NCBI GenBank assembly: GCA_951406725.2
Contig: OX597832.1
Location: 44,826,001-44,890,000 of the forward strand
DNA from: Octopus vulgaris
Taxonomy: Eukaryota
Direction: 5' to 3'
DNA: 64,000 bases
Part shown: positions 37,446 to 50,456 of the stretch, piece after piece
Layout of the letters: the number at the start of each line of letters is the position of its first letter
How positions within the stretch are numbered: position 1 is the stretch's first letter
Notes under the pieces: model-generated
The model's input: the letters and a program-made list of their open reading frames with translations, nothing else
Told to the model about the DNA's origin: nothing
Database searches by the model: none
Made by a program: the position numbers and the translations under genes

Positions 37446-38080
37446 CACACATATACACACACCATCCTACCAAATATAAAACACAAGCACATATATATAT
37501 ACACATGCACATAGAGACATGCACAGAGAAACACACACACTCACACCATTCTGACCCCTGAGACCAGTCCCAAAATCCCCGGAACCATGACAGACTAGCC
37601 CAGAAACAAAAAGATCCTCTTGATTCCACAATACCCCCCCACCCAACCAACCTCCCACACTTCCCTTAATATAGCATACATTCCTTAGCAACACACAAAA
37701 TAAAATGCCAGTAAGACAGATCAGTTATTCCTCTACAATGTTTTGTAAATATGTCTCCTTCTGTGTATATATATATACTACCAAACAAACATGATTTTTA
37801 TTGAACTCCAAATGCTTTTTGGAGTCCCGTTCTGATTACTTTCTTAAATACTTTCTTGTAAACTGCTTTTAACATTTTCTTATTATTATCAAAGAATGTA
37901 TATATATATTTTAATACTTTTGTGACAACCAGTACTTAACACAACAAAGCTCATACAAAGTGGTCAAGTGAATAAACATCTTTAAAATTACATTTTCAAA
38001 CCTTCTTTCATATATATTTCCACTCGTACGGTACCTTACGACTTTTTTTTGTTATATATCTATGTATAATAATAATAATA

Positions 38081-38545
38081 ATGTTCGTCCTTCGGTTCGA
38101 AGATGACCAACTGACATCATCTGATGGAACTGACGCCATGAGACCGGAGGTGGCTGGTGAGGCCAATCCGGGCAAGGAAACCCCTCCCACAGGTGGGGCA
38201 GAAGTGGGTAGGGGCCATGCTACTGGTGCAGGTGGCTCTGTCTTTACACATCTGACGTTTCTGCTCCGCTGACCGAATCCGTCCCTCCTCGGCTGTCCCT
38301 GCTCCCACGGTGATTGTGCTGCACCAGGATGAGCGGTTGGCAGCAAGTGTCTCCCAGTTCTCTGTTCCGATGGAGAAGTCTTTGAGAGAGACCTTGAGAC
38401 TATCCTTGTAGCGCTTCTTTTGCCCTCCGACTTTGTGCCTGCCCTGGCCGAGTTCACCGTAGAAGAGCTGTTTTGGGATGCGAGTGTCGGACATGCGGGA
38501 GACGTGGCCCGCCCATCTCAGCTGGGCCTTGCGCATGATTGTGAT
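38081..38545 (-). mobile_element. RTE-clade LINE 3' end with terminal C2H2 zinc finger
   Basis: LRWAGHVSRMSDTRIPKQLFYGEL...GGQKKRYKD...WETLAANRSSW...CPTCGRGFLARIGLTSHLRSH; (TTA)n tail. Confidence 0.9.
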
Positions 38546-38632
38546 GTATAATACACACACACACACACATAAATTAACGGAATGAGATAAATCCAAGGCT
38601 GTGAAAGATATCAGAACATTTATGAATAGAAT

Positions 38633-38680
38633 GTCTTACAGCTGTTTCCAGGATATTTTATATGTCCCTTCATTGGAGAT
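38633..38680 (-). ncRNA. Degenerate hammerhead motif
   Basis: Minus: ATCT-CCAATGA-AGGGACAT..ATATCCTG-GAAA-CAGCTG-TA-AGAC; palindromic stem III, core mutated. Confidence 0.5.
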
Positions 38681-38924
38681 GGTGTGAGAAAATGGTTAAG
38701 CAACAGTTATTCAAGATAAGATATGAAATAGACCGGTTTCGGAGTATTTTCCCCTTCTCAATGTGGAGTTAGCTGAACCCAGTAGGCGTCACTGTTGACT
38801 GCCTGTTCGAAGGATGGAAGACATCCACTGATTTTCAAAAATAGAAATATTATTATTTCTAAATCTCTTTAAAGTAGAACAGACTTGAGTATTAATATTT
38901 ATTTATATATATATAGATAGATAG

Positions 38925-38983
<59 letters not shown>

Positions 38984-39075
38984 TGTTTATCAATGTTTGA
39001 GTTTTTGTATTTGTATTTGTCCCACAGAACTGCTTGACAATCAGATGGAATTGTGAACAAAGCTGAAATTTTCAA

Positions 39076-39216
39076 CAGTGGCATAGCTACTGTGTGCTGC
39101 CTGGGGCAACACCTCAGTTTGCTGTGCCGCGGCCCCACTGGGCCCCCAAGCTTATATAGGCTTATACAGCAGACCCCCCAAAATAGCTGCATCCATAACC
39201 CCTTGATATGCTACTG
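39076..39216. mobile_element. hAT-like MITE (141 bp)
   Basis: TIRs CAGTGGCATAGC / GATATGCTACTG (10/12 match); possible decayed 8-bp TSD (5/8 match). Confidence 0.6.
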
Positions 39217-40114
39217 AGTTTTAGATCAGAATGTATCTTCTCTGTTGAAACCTTCACATCTTACTACAGTTATCGTGTGAAATGGAAGTCAATGGTGGAA
39301 AGAAGTCCTGACCAGGAAAAAAAATTTGTAAAAGTTTGATCTTTCATTAATGTCAAACTGATATTGGCAAAAGATCCAGCACTTCAGTATTTATTTTTTC
39401 TTTTTCTGTCTCTGGAGATAAGATCTTTTCAGTGATTAAAGGACAGCTTAAGGTCTTAAAGAGACCTGATTATCTCTGAGTCACTGCCTCTAATTGTATC
39501 GAATCTAAATACGTATTTTATTTATAGAACCTAACACTAAAATCTTTTATGAAAATACTATCACACAATGCAGAAAGACTGTGGAAGCCATACTGAATAA
39601 AAAAAAAAGCAAGAATGAAAAAAAATTTTGTCTTGAATAGGACAGAAGGTAACATCATCTGAAGCTATACAACAGAAATAACCTCACATATGACCTTTAA
39701 TATTTATTGAGAAAGTAGAATGAGATAATGTCATACAAACAGATTAATGCAGAATATATCTTGGCCAATATATTTTGAAATCAAGAAAATACAGAAGGAT
39801 ATACACAAATTTCAGAACCAAATTTCCTTCTTTTTTTTTTAAAAAAATATATCCTCATAGGTGAACAGTGATATCATTCATTACTAATTTTGAAATGGTT
39901 GATCAGTGGCTCATAACAAATTCTAATGGCAACAGTGACATGGGAGTGTCTGTAATTTTAGGCAAAGGATCTCACATCATGCTTAAAGAGCATTCATTGG
40001 TCAATTTTCTCACCGTTTTATTTTTTCCTTTACATATATACATCAGTGAGTGAAAGATACACACACATACAGAGAGACACATACACACACACACACACAA
40101 ACGTGAATATATAT

Positions 40115-40521
40115 CTCTTTTACTCTTTTACTCTTTTACTTGTTTCAGTCATTTGACTGCGGCCATGCTGGAGCACCACCTTTAGTCAAGCAAATCGACC
40201 CCGGGACTTATTCTTTGTAAGCCCAGTACTTATTCTATCGGTCTCTTTTGCCGAACCACTAAGTAACGGGGACGTAAACACACCTGCATTGGTTGTCAAG
40301 CAATGCTAAGGAGACAAACACAGACACACAAACACACACACACATACATATATATACATATATACGACAGGCTTCTTTCAGTTTCCGTCTACTAAATCCA
40401 CTCACAAAGCATTGGTTGGCCCGGGGCTATAGCAGAAGACACTTGCCCAAGATGCTATGCAGTGGGACTGAAACCGGAAATATGTGGTTGGTAAGCAAGC
40501 TACTTACCACACAGCCACTCC
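40115..40521 (-). mobile_element. SINE family A
   Basis: Near full-length match to other copies. Confidence 0.9.
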
Positions 40522-40593
40522 TGTGTGTGTGTGTGTGTGTGTGTGTATGTATATGTATATGTATATATATATATTTATATATATATACATATG

Positions 40594-40850
40594 TATCATC
40601 ATCATCCTCATCCTCATTTAATGTCCAGTTTCTATGCTGGCATGGGTTGGACGGTTTGACTGGGGATCTGAGAAGCCAAGAAGCTGCACCAGGCTCCAGT
40701 CTGATCTGGCAGTGTTTCTTCAGCTGGATGCTCTTCCTAACGCCAACCACTCTGAGAATGTAGTGGGTACTTTTTATGTGCCACAGACACAGGGGCCAGA
40801 GGGGGCTGGCATCGACCACGTTTGGATGGTGCTTTTTACGTGCCACTGGC
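40594..40850 (-). mobile_element. Family C fragment
   Basis: Family C body. Confidence 0.85.
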
Positions 40851-41024
40851 TGTTGAAACCAAGCCAAAACAGATGACTGGAGTCCAGTCCAGCTCGTCAG
40901 CTTATCAGTCCCTGTCGAATCATCTAACCCATGCCAGCATAGAAAACAGACATTAAATGTTGATATGATAATGAGGATATATGTGTGTGTGTATGTGTGT
41001 GTGTGTGCATGTGTGTATGTTGTA

Positions 41025-41208
41025 GAGCTAAAAACGAGGCAATTTCTATTCTTCTCCTAGAGGGCGCACACTCTCCTACCCTGATGTAATCTCCAGGGAT
41101 ACAGGCATCCAGCAACGGGACCTCTGTGATGCCATGATGGACTGTGAAGTCTGGCGTAGCATGGTAAATTCCATCGTCTCGACCACGGTCGAACAATGAT
41201 GATGATGA
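41025..41208 (+). mobile_element. RTE-like LINE extreme 3' end with (GAT)n tail
   Basis: Manual translation RGRTLSYPDVISRDTGIQQRDLCDAMMDCEVWRSMV resembles RTE C-termini. Confidence 0.6.
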
Positions 41209-41524
41209 TGTGTGTGTTGTTATGCATGTGCAAGCAAATTTATGTAGTGGACATACAACCATGGTAAATTTAACTCCTTGTCCATAGATTTAAAAGAATG
41301 ATGGACAACCTGAATCAGTTTCCGAACCTTATTAGATTTTCATGAGCGGCATCTCCATCATTTCGACCAATTCCGGTGACAAATCTGGTAGCAGTATAGA
41401 ACTGGAGCCACTAATTGGCGTGTCATCGGTGCTTATCACTTTATCTAAATATCAGTGGCCTGTTAACAAGGGATCTCAGTTCATACAGTATCAAGCTGTG
41501 GCATTATATATGTAGCCTATGCAG

Positions 41525-41875
41525 TATGTATGTATGTATGTATGTATGTATGTGTGTATGAATGTATGTATGTGTGTATGTATGTATGTGTGTATGTATG
41601 TGTGTATGTATGTATGTATGTGTGTATGTATGTATGTATGTATGTGAGTATGTATGTATGTATGTGTGTATGTATGTATGTATGTATGTGTGTGTGTATG
41701 TATGTATGCATGTATGTATGTGTGTGTGTATGTATGTATGTATGTATGTGTGTGTGTGTATGTATGTATGTATGTATGCATGTATGTGTGTATGTATGTA
41801 TGTATGTATGTATGTATGTATGTATGCATGTATGTATGTGTGTGTATGTATGTATGTATGTATGTATGTATGTAT
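41525..41875. repeat. (TATG)n microsatellite
   Basis: Seen directly in the sequence. Confidence 0.97.
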
Positions 41876-41879
41876 ATAA

Positions 41880-42140
41880 CACACCATACTAATCATATCT
41901 GTCGGGCATGTGGAAGAGAGTGTAATTCGGCAGGAGGACTTAAGCGACATGCAAAGGTACATGAAGCCCAGTTACAACTACAGCCGGCTATTACCGGTAA
42001 AGGTTTTAGTTGCCAATTCTGTACAAGACATTGTAGATCTTTAGCTGGGCTAAAAAGTCAGATTCGATCACAGCACCAGTAACAGTTAAGCTTCGTGCAA
42101 TGGCCATACTCAGTAACGAGGGGGCAGCCATAATAATAAC
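41880..42140 (+). mobile_element. RTE-like LINE 3' end with two C2H2 zinc fingers
   Basis: CRACGRECNSAGGLKRHAKVH and CQFCTRHCRSLAGLKSQIRSQH, short UTR, (TAA)n tail; same organisation as 38081-38545. Confidence 0.65.
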
Positions 42141-42141
42141 A

Positions 42142-42226
<85 letters not shown>

Positions 42227-42233
42227 CTATTTA

Positions 42234-42284
<51 letters not shown>

Positions 42285-42359
42285 AATGTGACCGCGTGTG
42301 TACCGTTGGTGATTTATTTTTCTCTGTCTTCCCTTCTCTGGATCTTTCCTTCTCCTATA

Positions 42360-42393
42360 TTTCCGACGAAGAGCTCCGCTCGAAACGTTAAAC
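42360..42393 (+). ncRNA. Minimal hammerhead motif (C at core position 4) inside a pLTR-like fragment ~42285-42495
   Basis: TTT-CCGACGA-A-GAGC-TCC-GCTC-GAAA-CG-TT-AAAC; downstream TTCCTGAGCG also seen in 8701-8893. Confidence 0.6.
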
Positions 42394-42504
42394 CCTCCTT
42401 CTTTCCTTCTTTCCTGAGCGTCCAATAATACTATATTTGTTCCACTTCCTCATGTTGTTGTGTTTTCTCTTTGTGTTTTCATGTTTGGATTAACTATATA
42501 TACC

Positions 42505-42730
42505 AGCGGCGAGCTGGTAGAAACGTTAGCACGCCGGGCGAAATTCGTAGCCGTATTTCGTCTGTCGTTACGTTCCGAGTTCAAATTCCGCCGAGGTCGA
42601 CTTTGCCTTTCATCCTTTCGGGGTCGATAAATTAAGTACCAGTTACGCACTGGGGTCGATGTAGTCGACTTAATCCCTTTGTCTGTCCTTGTTTGTCCCC
42701 TCTGTGTTTAGCCCCTTGTGGGTAGTAAAG

Positions 42731-42734
<4 letters not shown>
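42505..42734 (+). mobile_element. SINE family B (head GGCGGCGAGCTGGCAGAA, tail GTAAAGAAATA)
   Basis: tRNA-like A/B boxes (AGCTGGTAG; GAGTTCAAATTCC); many copies in the window. Confidence 0.88.
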
Positions 42735-42769
<35 letters not shown>

Positions 42770-42827
<58 letters not shown>

Positions 42828-42829
42828 AT

Positions 42830-42895
<66 letters not shown>

Positions 42896-42930
42896 GATGG
42901 ATAGATAGATAGATAGATAGATAGACAGAC

Positions 42931-42987
<57 letters not shown>

Positions 42988-43018
42988 TATAGATAGAGAT
43001 GGATAGATAGATAGATAG

Positions 43019-43114
<96 letters not shown>

Positions 43115-43115
43115 G
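42770..43115. repeat. (GATA)n microsatellite
   Basis: Seen directly in the sequence. Confidence 0.97.
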
Positions 43116-43509
43116 CACAGAAACAGCTTCCATACAATTTCTGTCTACCAGTTCCACTAACAAGGCATTGGTTGCCATGGTACCAGGCAGTGGATCTGAA
43201 CTTGGAACAACACAGTCGTAAAGCAAACTTACCAAACCACAGAGCCACGCCTGCTCCTACCAATCTTTTATTTCCCCCAATCCCCATTCATCAAAACATA
43301 TTTAAGATTTCTATGATGGCAGATGCTGTATCTTCCATTTGCTAGGAAAATGCTTCCTTCTCAAAGTCAAGGAAGTCTTGTTTTTACAGAACGTTTCAAA
43401 GATAATTAAGCCAAAACAGAACGGTTTAGAGGAAAAACAAATTTTGCAGAGATCAATGATGTAATTTACATCATAATTATTATTCAAAATATCCACACAC
43501 ACACACACA

Positions 43510-43542
<33 letters not shown>

Positions 43543-44639
43543 CCTGCCCCTCTGCCATCCTCCTCCTCCCTCTCCTCCTTCTCTAGTCTTTAATATTCCA
43601 TATCCATAATTACATTACTACATAACGAAATTGAATTAATTAGGACAGCCTGAATACATCAACAATTATTAAAATTATTTAAGTTTATCTTTTGCAAATA
43701 AATCTCTAGAAAACAAAATTTGATTTGTAAGAGACATTGATTAGACGTACGAGAATCTTTAAAAAGCAAGTTTTTTTGGGGTTTTTTTTTTATCATTTTT
43801 TCTAAATTTTTACTTTAAACGATATTTCTTCTACTGTTCGTTAGCAATTGTGAATGTACGTAATTTGGCAATGTGGTATGTGCTGCAGTTGAGGTATACT
43901 TCCAGTCTACTGCAACGGAAGCCTGCCGTCGGTGCTTAATAATGCTGTGTCCATCTTGTTTGATATAAGATCGTCAGCGATTCCTTGGCTCATACATCAT
44001 CTTGTCGTTGTCATCATAATTGTCAGTGTTAGCTGTGGGTGGTGGTGGGGGTGGGGGTTGTGTTGTGGTGGTGGTGGTTGTGTTGTGGTGGTGGGGGTAG
44101 TTGGTGGTGGGTGTTGGTGTTGGTGGTGGTGGTGGTGGTGTTGGTGGTGGTGATGGTAGTGGTGCTGGTGGTGATGGTAGTGGTGGTGGTGGTGGTGGTA
44201 GTGGTGGTGGTGGTGGTGGTAGAGGTTATGTGCCTCTGGCCATTTAATCCTCACAAGTCACTTATACTACTAAGCACTTTATAGGTGTGAAACCAATGAT
44301 CGCTCCCTGACTGGCCATGACAAACATCCTACTAAAAAAGCATCTAGTCCACACTGGAAAGTGGTTGGCATTTGGAAGGGCATCAAGCTGTAAAAATCAT
44401 GTCAAAACTAATCTTGCCTGTGCCAGTGCCACGTAAAAAGCACTGAGTCCTCTCTGCAGAGTGGTTGGTGTTAGGAAGGATAGAGAAAAGAAAAACAGTT
44501 CACATGGCAAACATCAATGGCCAACAGGTACTCCTGGCCAACTTCGTAGGTTCAATGGTAATCCAACGAGTTTCAATGGCAAAATCCAGTAAGTTCAGGC
44601 AAGGATAGCCCTCCCCCCTTTTTTTTTCTTCTTCCCAAT

Positions 44640-45081
44640 ACAACATCTGTCGTCCATCTCTATGTGGTAAACATAATCAATGTTTTCCTTGATGGTAGCA
44701 GTTGTAGGATGTCCAGACCTTGGGTCATCTTCAACACTCTCCCTTGCTCGCCTAAATTCAGTTGCCCACTTTTGCACTGTTGATAAAACTGGAGTGTCAT
44801 TTTCTAATGTAGCAAGCATGTGGGCAGGAATGGTCCCTGGGGTCTAAACCATTTTCTGCAGGTATTTGATAACACCTTGATGCCAACTTTGGTCTAGTTT
44901 CAAAGAAATCACTACCATTTACTTTTAAAGTCTCCTTTGAACAGTCAGATGTGAGTTCACCTGGAAACAAACAATACAATTATTAATAATAAGAAGTGTT
45001 GAAATTCTTGTATGCAAGATTTCATAGCTCTAGTATCATTCCTTTATAGTCAGCCTACGAACTTTCCAGCCTACCCTTGTG
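44640..45081 (-). mobile_element. Tc1/mariner fragment: one end plus decayed transposase N-terminal HTH
   Basis: STVQKWATEFRRARESVEDDPRSGHPTTATIKENID; terminus ACAAGGGTAGGCTGGAAAGTTC resembles mariner TIRs. Confidence 0.8.
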
Positions 45082-46012
45082 TCTCTCAGAACTTGCTCAG
45101 TAATTTCACTCAATTTCTTTTCATTTGCTGATGACATTTTAGCTGCTCGTCGTAACTTTAATGAATTATCAATTTGTGAGTATAAAACATGGTCAAAATT
45201 TAGTTCAAAGAAGAAATTAAATGTTTCCATTTGAGTCTGGCTTCCAATTATATGACTCTAGACGTCAGCTTCCAAATGTGACCGTACATATTCTTGCTAA
45301 CACTTGAGTAGGACTGAATCAATAAATTGCTGAAAGTAAGAAGTGTTTTCTATCCACGTAGTCGTACTTAAAATCTAGATATCACCGAATGTTAGTTCAT
45401 ATTCAGAATCTGCCATGTTTTATTACAGTTCACCAAATAAATTCTTGTTTGGTGAAAATTTGATTAGAGCAACAATCTACACATGGTTACTCGTTATTGC
45501 ACCATACATTGCAATAAAGGGTTCTTCATTCTTAGACTTAAGGAATCTATTCGGTTCATGTTCTTCCAAATGCTGTACCCATTCTACATTTTTTCCCAAG
45601 TATATTGCTTGTTCCCTCAAAGCCTACTCCTCTATAGTTACATAATGTCACTCAGACATGCAATACAATCTTACATCAGATACACGCATGTGCAGGCGAG
45701 GATTAATTCTCAAGCATATTGCAGATTTATTGCCTTTTGTTGGCCAGATAAGATATCTTACTTATACACACATGTGTAAATATACGCGCATTTATACATC
45801 AGCACTCACACACTCTGTCAAAAAAAAAATATTTACGAAGACTCGTGATTCTATGAAGAAGTACAGACATGCCCAAATGTGTGTGCCTACATGCACTGAT
45901 TTAAACAGATCCAAAGGCAGCCAAACCATATTGCCAATAAGCATTTGCCAATGTAGCATAGATATAATAAAATAACCTGTTCTTCGTTGGATGCATTCTC
46001 TTCCTCTTTTTT

Positions 46013-46412
46013 TCTCTTTTTACTTGTTTCAGTCATTTGACTGCTGTGGCCATGCTGGAGCACCACCTTTAGTTGAACAAATCGATCCCAGGACTTATTC
46101 TTTGTAAGTCCAGTACTTATTCTATCAGTCTCTTTTGCTGAACTGCTAAGTGACGGCGACGTAAACACACCAGCATCAGTTGTCAAGCGATGCTGGGGGG
46201 ACAAACACAGACACACAAACACATACATATATATATATATATATATACATATATACGACGGGCTTCTTTCAGTTTCCGTCTACCAAATCCACTCACAAGG
46301 CTTTGGTTGGCACGAGGCTATAGCAGAAGACACTTGCCCAAGGTGCCACGCAGTGGGACTGAACCATGTGGTTAGTAAGCAAGCTACTTACCACACAGCC
46401 ACTCCTATGCCT
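46013..46412 (-). mobile_element. SINE family A
   Basis: Full-length match to other copies. Confidence 0.9.
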
Positions 46413-46556
46413 TTAGTATAATTGGTATAATTTATCAGTAATAACTGAACAAAATTTTGTGCCTTCTTCCCAAAATAAATTACTCAAATCAAATTCACAC
46501 CATTGCAGCATTTGATTTATTTTGTATATTGTATCTCAGGTATTTGTTTGTATCAG

Positions 46557-47103
46557 CGTCTGTCGTTACGTTGTGGGTTCAAATTCCGCCGAGGGCGACT
46601 AGCCTTTCATCCTTTCGGGGTCGATAAATTAAGTACCAGTTACACACTGGGGTCGATGTAATTGACTTAATACCTATGTCTGTCCTTGTTTGTCCCCTCT
46701 ATGTTTAGCCCCTTGTGGGTAATAAAGAAATAGGTATTTCGTCTGTCGTTACGTTCTGAGTTCAAATTATGCCGAGGTGGACTTTGCCTTTCATCCTTTC
46801 GGGGTCGATAAATTAAGTACCAGTTACACACTCTGGGGTCGATGTAATTGACTTAATACCTATGTCTGTCCTTGTTTGTCCCCACTATGTTTAGCCCCTT
46901 GTGGGTAATAAAGAAATAGGTATTTCGTCTGTCGTTACGTTCTGAGTTCAAATTATGCCGAGGTCGACTTTGCCTTTCATCCTTTTGGGGTCGATAAATT
47001 AAGTACCATTTACACCCTGGGGTCGATGTAATTGACTTAATATCTATGTCTGTCCTTGTTTGTCCCCGCTATGTTTAGCCCCTTGTGGGTAGTAAAGAAA
47101 TAC
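46557..47103 (+). mobile_element. Head-to-tail trimer of 5'-truncated SINE B with a single 18-bp TSD
   Basis: Units start ~46557, 46740, 46926; TSD GTATTTGTTTGTATCAGC at 46540-46557 and 47104-47121. Confidence 0.9.
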
Positions 47104-47407
47104 GTATTTGTTTGTATCAGCTTCGTTGAGTCTGCTCACAAGATTGGAACCAATTTCCCCCTTGTTAGGTTTTGTTAATTAGATAATTTGTAGACATTTC
47201 TTTATATGGTTATTTTTCCATCAGATGAAATGTAAACACGTTTTATTAAGCATTTACAGTTTGTTTGTCTACATTTTCTTGCAGTCTCTTGCAAGAATTC
47301 TATAGTTTCAGAACCAGTATTTCCAACTCAGTAGAAGAATGGTTATATTCAGAGGGTTGATTTTCCTCAAAGCACTGATAAGCTTGATTCCAGTTACAAA
47401 ATCCTTC

Positions 47408-47791
47408 TCTCTCTTTTACTTGTTTCAGTCATTTGACTGCGGCCATGCTGGAGCACCACCTTTAGTCGAGCAAATCGACCCCAGGACTTATTCTTTGTAA
47501 GCTTAGTACTTATTCTATCGGTCTCTTTTGCTGAACCGCTAAGGTATGGGGACGTAAACACACCACCATCGGTTGTCAAGCGATGTGGGAGGGACAAACA
47601 CAGACACACAAACTCACACACACATATATATATACGACGGGCTTCTTTCAGTTTCCGTCTACCAAATCCACTCACAAGGCTTTGGTCGGTCCGAGGCTAT
47701 AGTAGAAGACACTTGCCCAAGGTGCCATGCAGTGGGACTGAACCCGGAACCATGTGGTTGGTTAGCAAGCTACTTACCACACAGCCACTCC
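47408..47791 (-). mobile_element. SINE family A
   Basis: Near full-length match to other copies. Confidence 0.9.
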
Positions 47792-48289
47792 TTCTGTTTC
47801 AAAATGTCCTTTTCTTTACCTCTAGCAATATGCGGTTTCAATTACACTTGGCACAGACAAAAAAAAAAAAAAAAATGAAAGAAAGAAAGAAAAAAGAAGA
47901 AGAGCTAGTCGTAGTTCTCGCCGGTCACATTGACTGAAATCAAAAGAATTGAACCAAATTGATTGAAAAGAACATTTCTGGTTTCCAAATATCTTCTCGG
48001 CAAAATTAAAATTTATTTGTTGATTTGTTTGAGTAATACACAAGAGCAAAAACTGGGGGTGGTTTTGTTAGCTGGTTTCTATTGATGTTGATTGAGACAA
48101 AGAAACGGAATCTCTTGCTACAGAAACAACGCTACAATAAATCTCTGGTTGTACAAAAAATTGTGTAGTTTGGTTTGGTTTGGTTTGGTTTGTTTCAGCA
48201 GCCAATGAACAAGAGCCATTAACTTCGATCGGTTTTTTTTGGTTGAAGAAAAATAACACAAACAAACAGCAAACAAACCCCAAAAAATA

Positions 48290-48454
48290 GGCGCAGGAGT
48301 GGCTGTGTGGTAAGTAGCTTGCTAACCAACCACATGGTTCCGGGTTCAGTCCCACTGCGTGACATCTTCGGCCAGTGTCTTCTGCTATAGCCCCGGGCCG
48401 ACCAATGCCTTGTGAGTGGATTTGGTAGACGGAAACTGAAAGAAGCCTGTCGTA

Positions 48455-48488
<34 letters not shown>

Positions 48489-48830
48489 TGCGTGTGTGTG
48501 TTTGTGTGTCTGTGTTTGTCCCCCTAGCATTGCTTGACAACTGATGCTGGTGTGTTTATATCTCCATTACTTAGCGGTTCGGCAAAAGAGACCGATAGAA
48601 TAAGTACTGGGCTTACAAAAAGAATAAATCCCAGAGTCGATTTGCTCGACTAAAAGGCGGTGCTCCAGCATGGCCACAGTCAACTGACTGAAACAAGTAA
48701 AAGAATAGCATAAGTATTAGGCTTACAAAGAATAAGTCCCGGGGTCGAGTTGCTCGATTAAAGGCGGTGCTCCAGCATGGCCGCAGTCAAATGACTGAAA
48801 CAAGTAAAAGAGTAAAAGAGTAAAAGAGAG
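48290..48830 (+). mobile_element. SINE family A with duplicated 3' tail
   Basis: Tail segment repeated at ~48600-48705 and ~48710-48830. Confidence 0.9.
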
Positions 48831-49079
48831 CCTTTGTTACTCGTTATCATTGGGCATAGCTGAAATTCTGTAATAATCTTATTAAATTAAATACAGTTTT
48901 TGAAGCAAAACAAGACATAATCCTTGCAGATATTTGACATTTTACATAATTATATTAACCTGACAAATTAAGGATTTTTAACCTGTTCAGACGTATAATA
49001 TCACGTATAAACATTTAAGTATCAAATGTTGATGAGAGTTTAGAAACAGACAGCTGGATAATAATAATAATAATAATAG

Positions 49080-49140
49080 TGTGTGTGTGTGTGTGTGTGT
49101 GTGTGTCTTTGTCTGTTTGTGTGTGTGTGTGTATGCGTGT

Positions 49141-49208
<68 letters not shown>

Positions 49209-49230
49209 GTGTGTGTGTGTGTCTGTGTGT

Positions 49231-49269
<39 letters not shown>

Positions 49270-49483
49270 TGTGTCTGTGTGTTTGTGTGTGTATGTGTGT
49301 GTATGTGTGTCAGTGTGTGTGTGTGTGTGTGTGTGTATCTGCGTGTGTGTGTGTGTCTGCGTCTGTGTGTGTGTGGGTGTCTCTCTCTCTCTCTCTCTGT
49401 GTCTGTGTGTGTGTGTGTGTCTGTGTGTGTGTGGCTGTGTGTGTGTGTGTCTGTGTGTGTGTGGCTGTGTGTCTGTGTGTTTC

Positions 49484-49515
<32 letters not shown>

Positions 49516-49652
49516 TGTAGCAAAAGCACACACATATGGGTCATATTCTGTTTTTACTTGATTCTTGAGCAGAGCACTATATTTACTGAATGTAGTTGAC
49601 ATGTTGGACAGAGAGCCATCTGCAATTAAGATTTGATGGAAATAAAAATGTG

Positions 49653-49706
<54 letters not shown>

Positions 49707-50125
49707 AAATATACAATCACATACACATAGAAATACACACACACACACACACTCATTCACACACAAAATATACAATCACATACACATAGAAATACACACA
49801 CACACACACACTCATTCACACATCTATACTAACATACACATTAACACATGCACAAATACACACACAAACACACACACACACAAACATGCACACACACACA
49901 CGCAAAATATACAATCACATACACATAGAAATACACAAACACACACACACACACTCATTCACACATCTATACTAACATACACATTAACACACACTCAAAC
50001 GCACACACAAACACACACACACACACACACAAAATATACAATCACATACACATAGAAACACACACACACTCATTCACACATCTATACTAACATACACATT
50101 AACACACACTCAAACACACACACAA

Positions 50126-50180
<55 letters not shown>
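49080..50180. repeat. (TG)n and (CA)n microsatellite blocks with higher-order units
   Basis: Seen directly; AAAATATACAATCACATACACATAGAAA recurs four times. Confidence 0.95.
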
Positions 50181-50456
50181 AATGGTCCTCTGTAATCTAA
50201 ATTTGTGGGAAATACACACACACGTACTCACACAGATGCTCGCTCGCTCACTCACTTACTCACACATACACACATATAGGTGTTTCTCACAAACACACAT
50301 ACACCGATATAAGTGCTGACAGACACACACAAGCGCGTATAATGCCAGGCGCAATACACATATAAAAATAATAAATCATTGAGATAACAAAACAGAATAG
50401 TGTGACAAGAAAAGAGATACAGCTTAGTAGGAAAAGACAATAATATATATATGTAA

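Noticed and set aside
41290-41470. GC-richer stretch with open frames on the minus strand
   Set aside because: The frames are short and I cannot assign them to any family.
41880-42082. Host C2H2 zinc-finger gene exon
   Set aside because: No TGEKP linkers; a short UTR with TAA tail and the parallel with 38081-38545 point to an RTE C-terminus.
43171-43184. X-box-like GTTGCCATGGTACC
   Set aside because: It has a mismatch and lies within a decayed SINE A head.
45083-45230. Protein-like peptide SLKLRRAAKMSSANEKKLSEITEQVLRD
   Set aside because: Short, without supporting splice signals or a recognisable domain.
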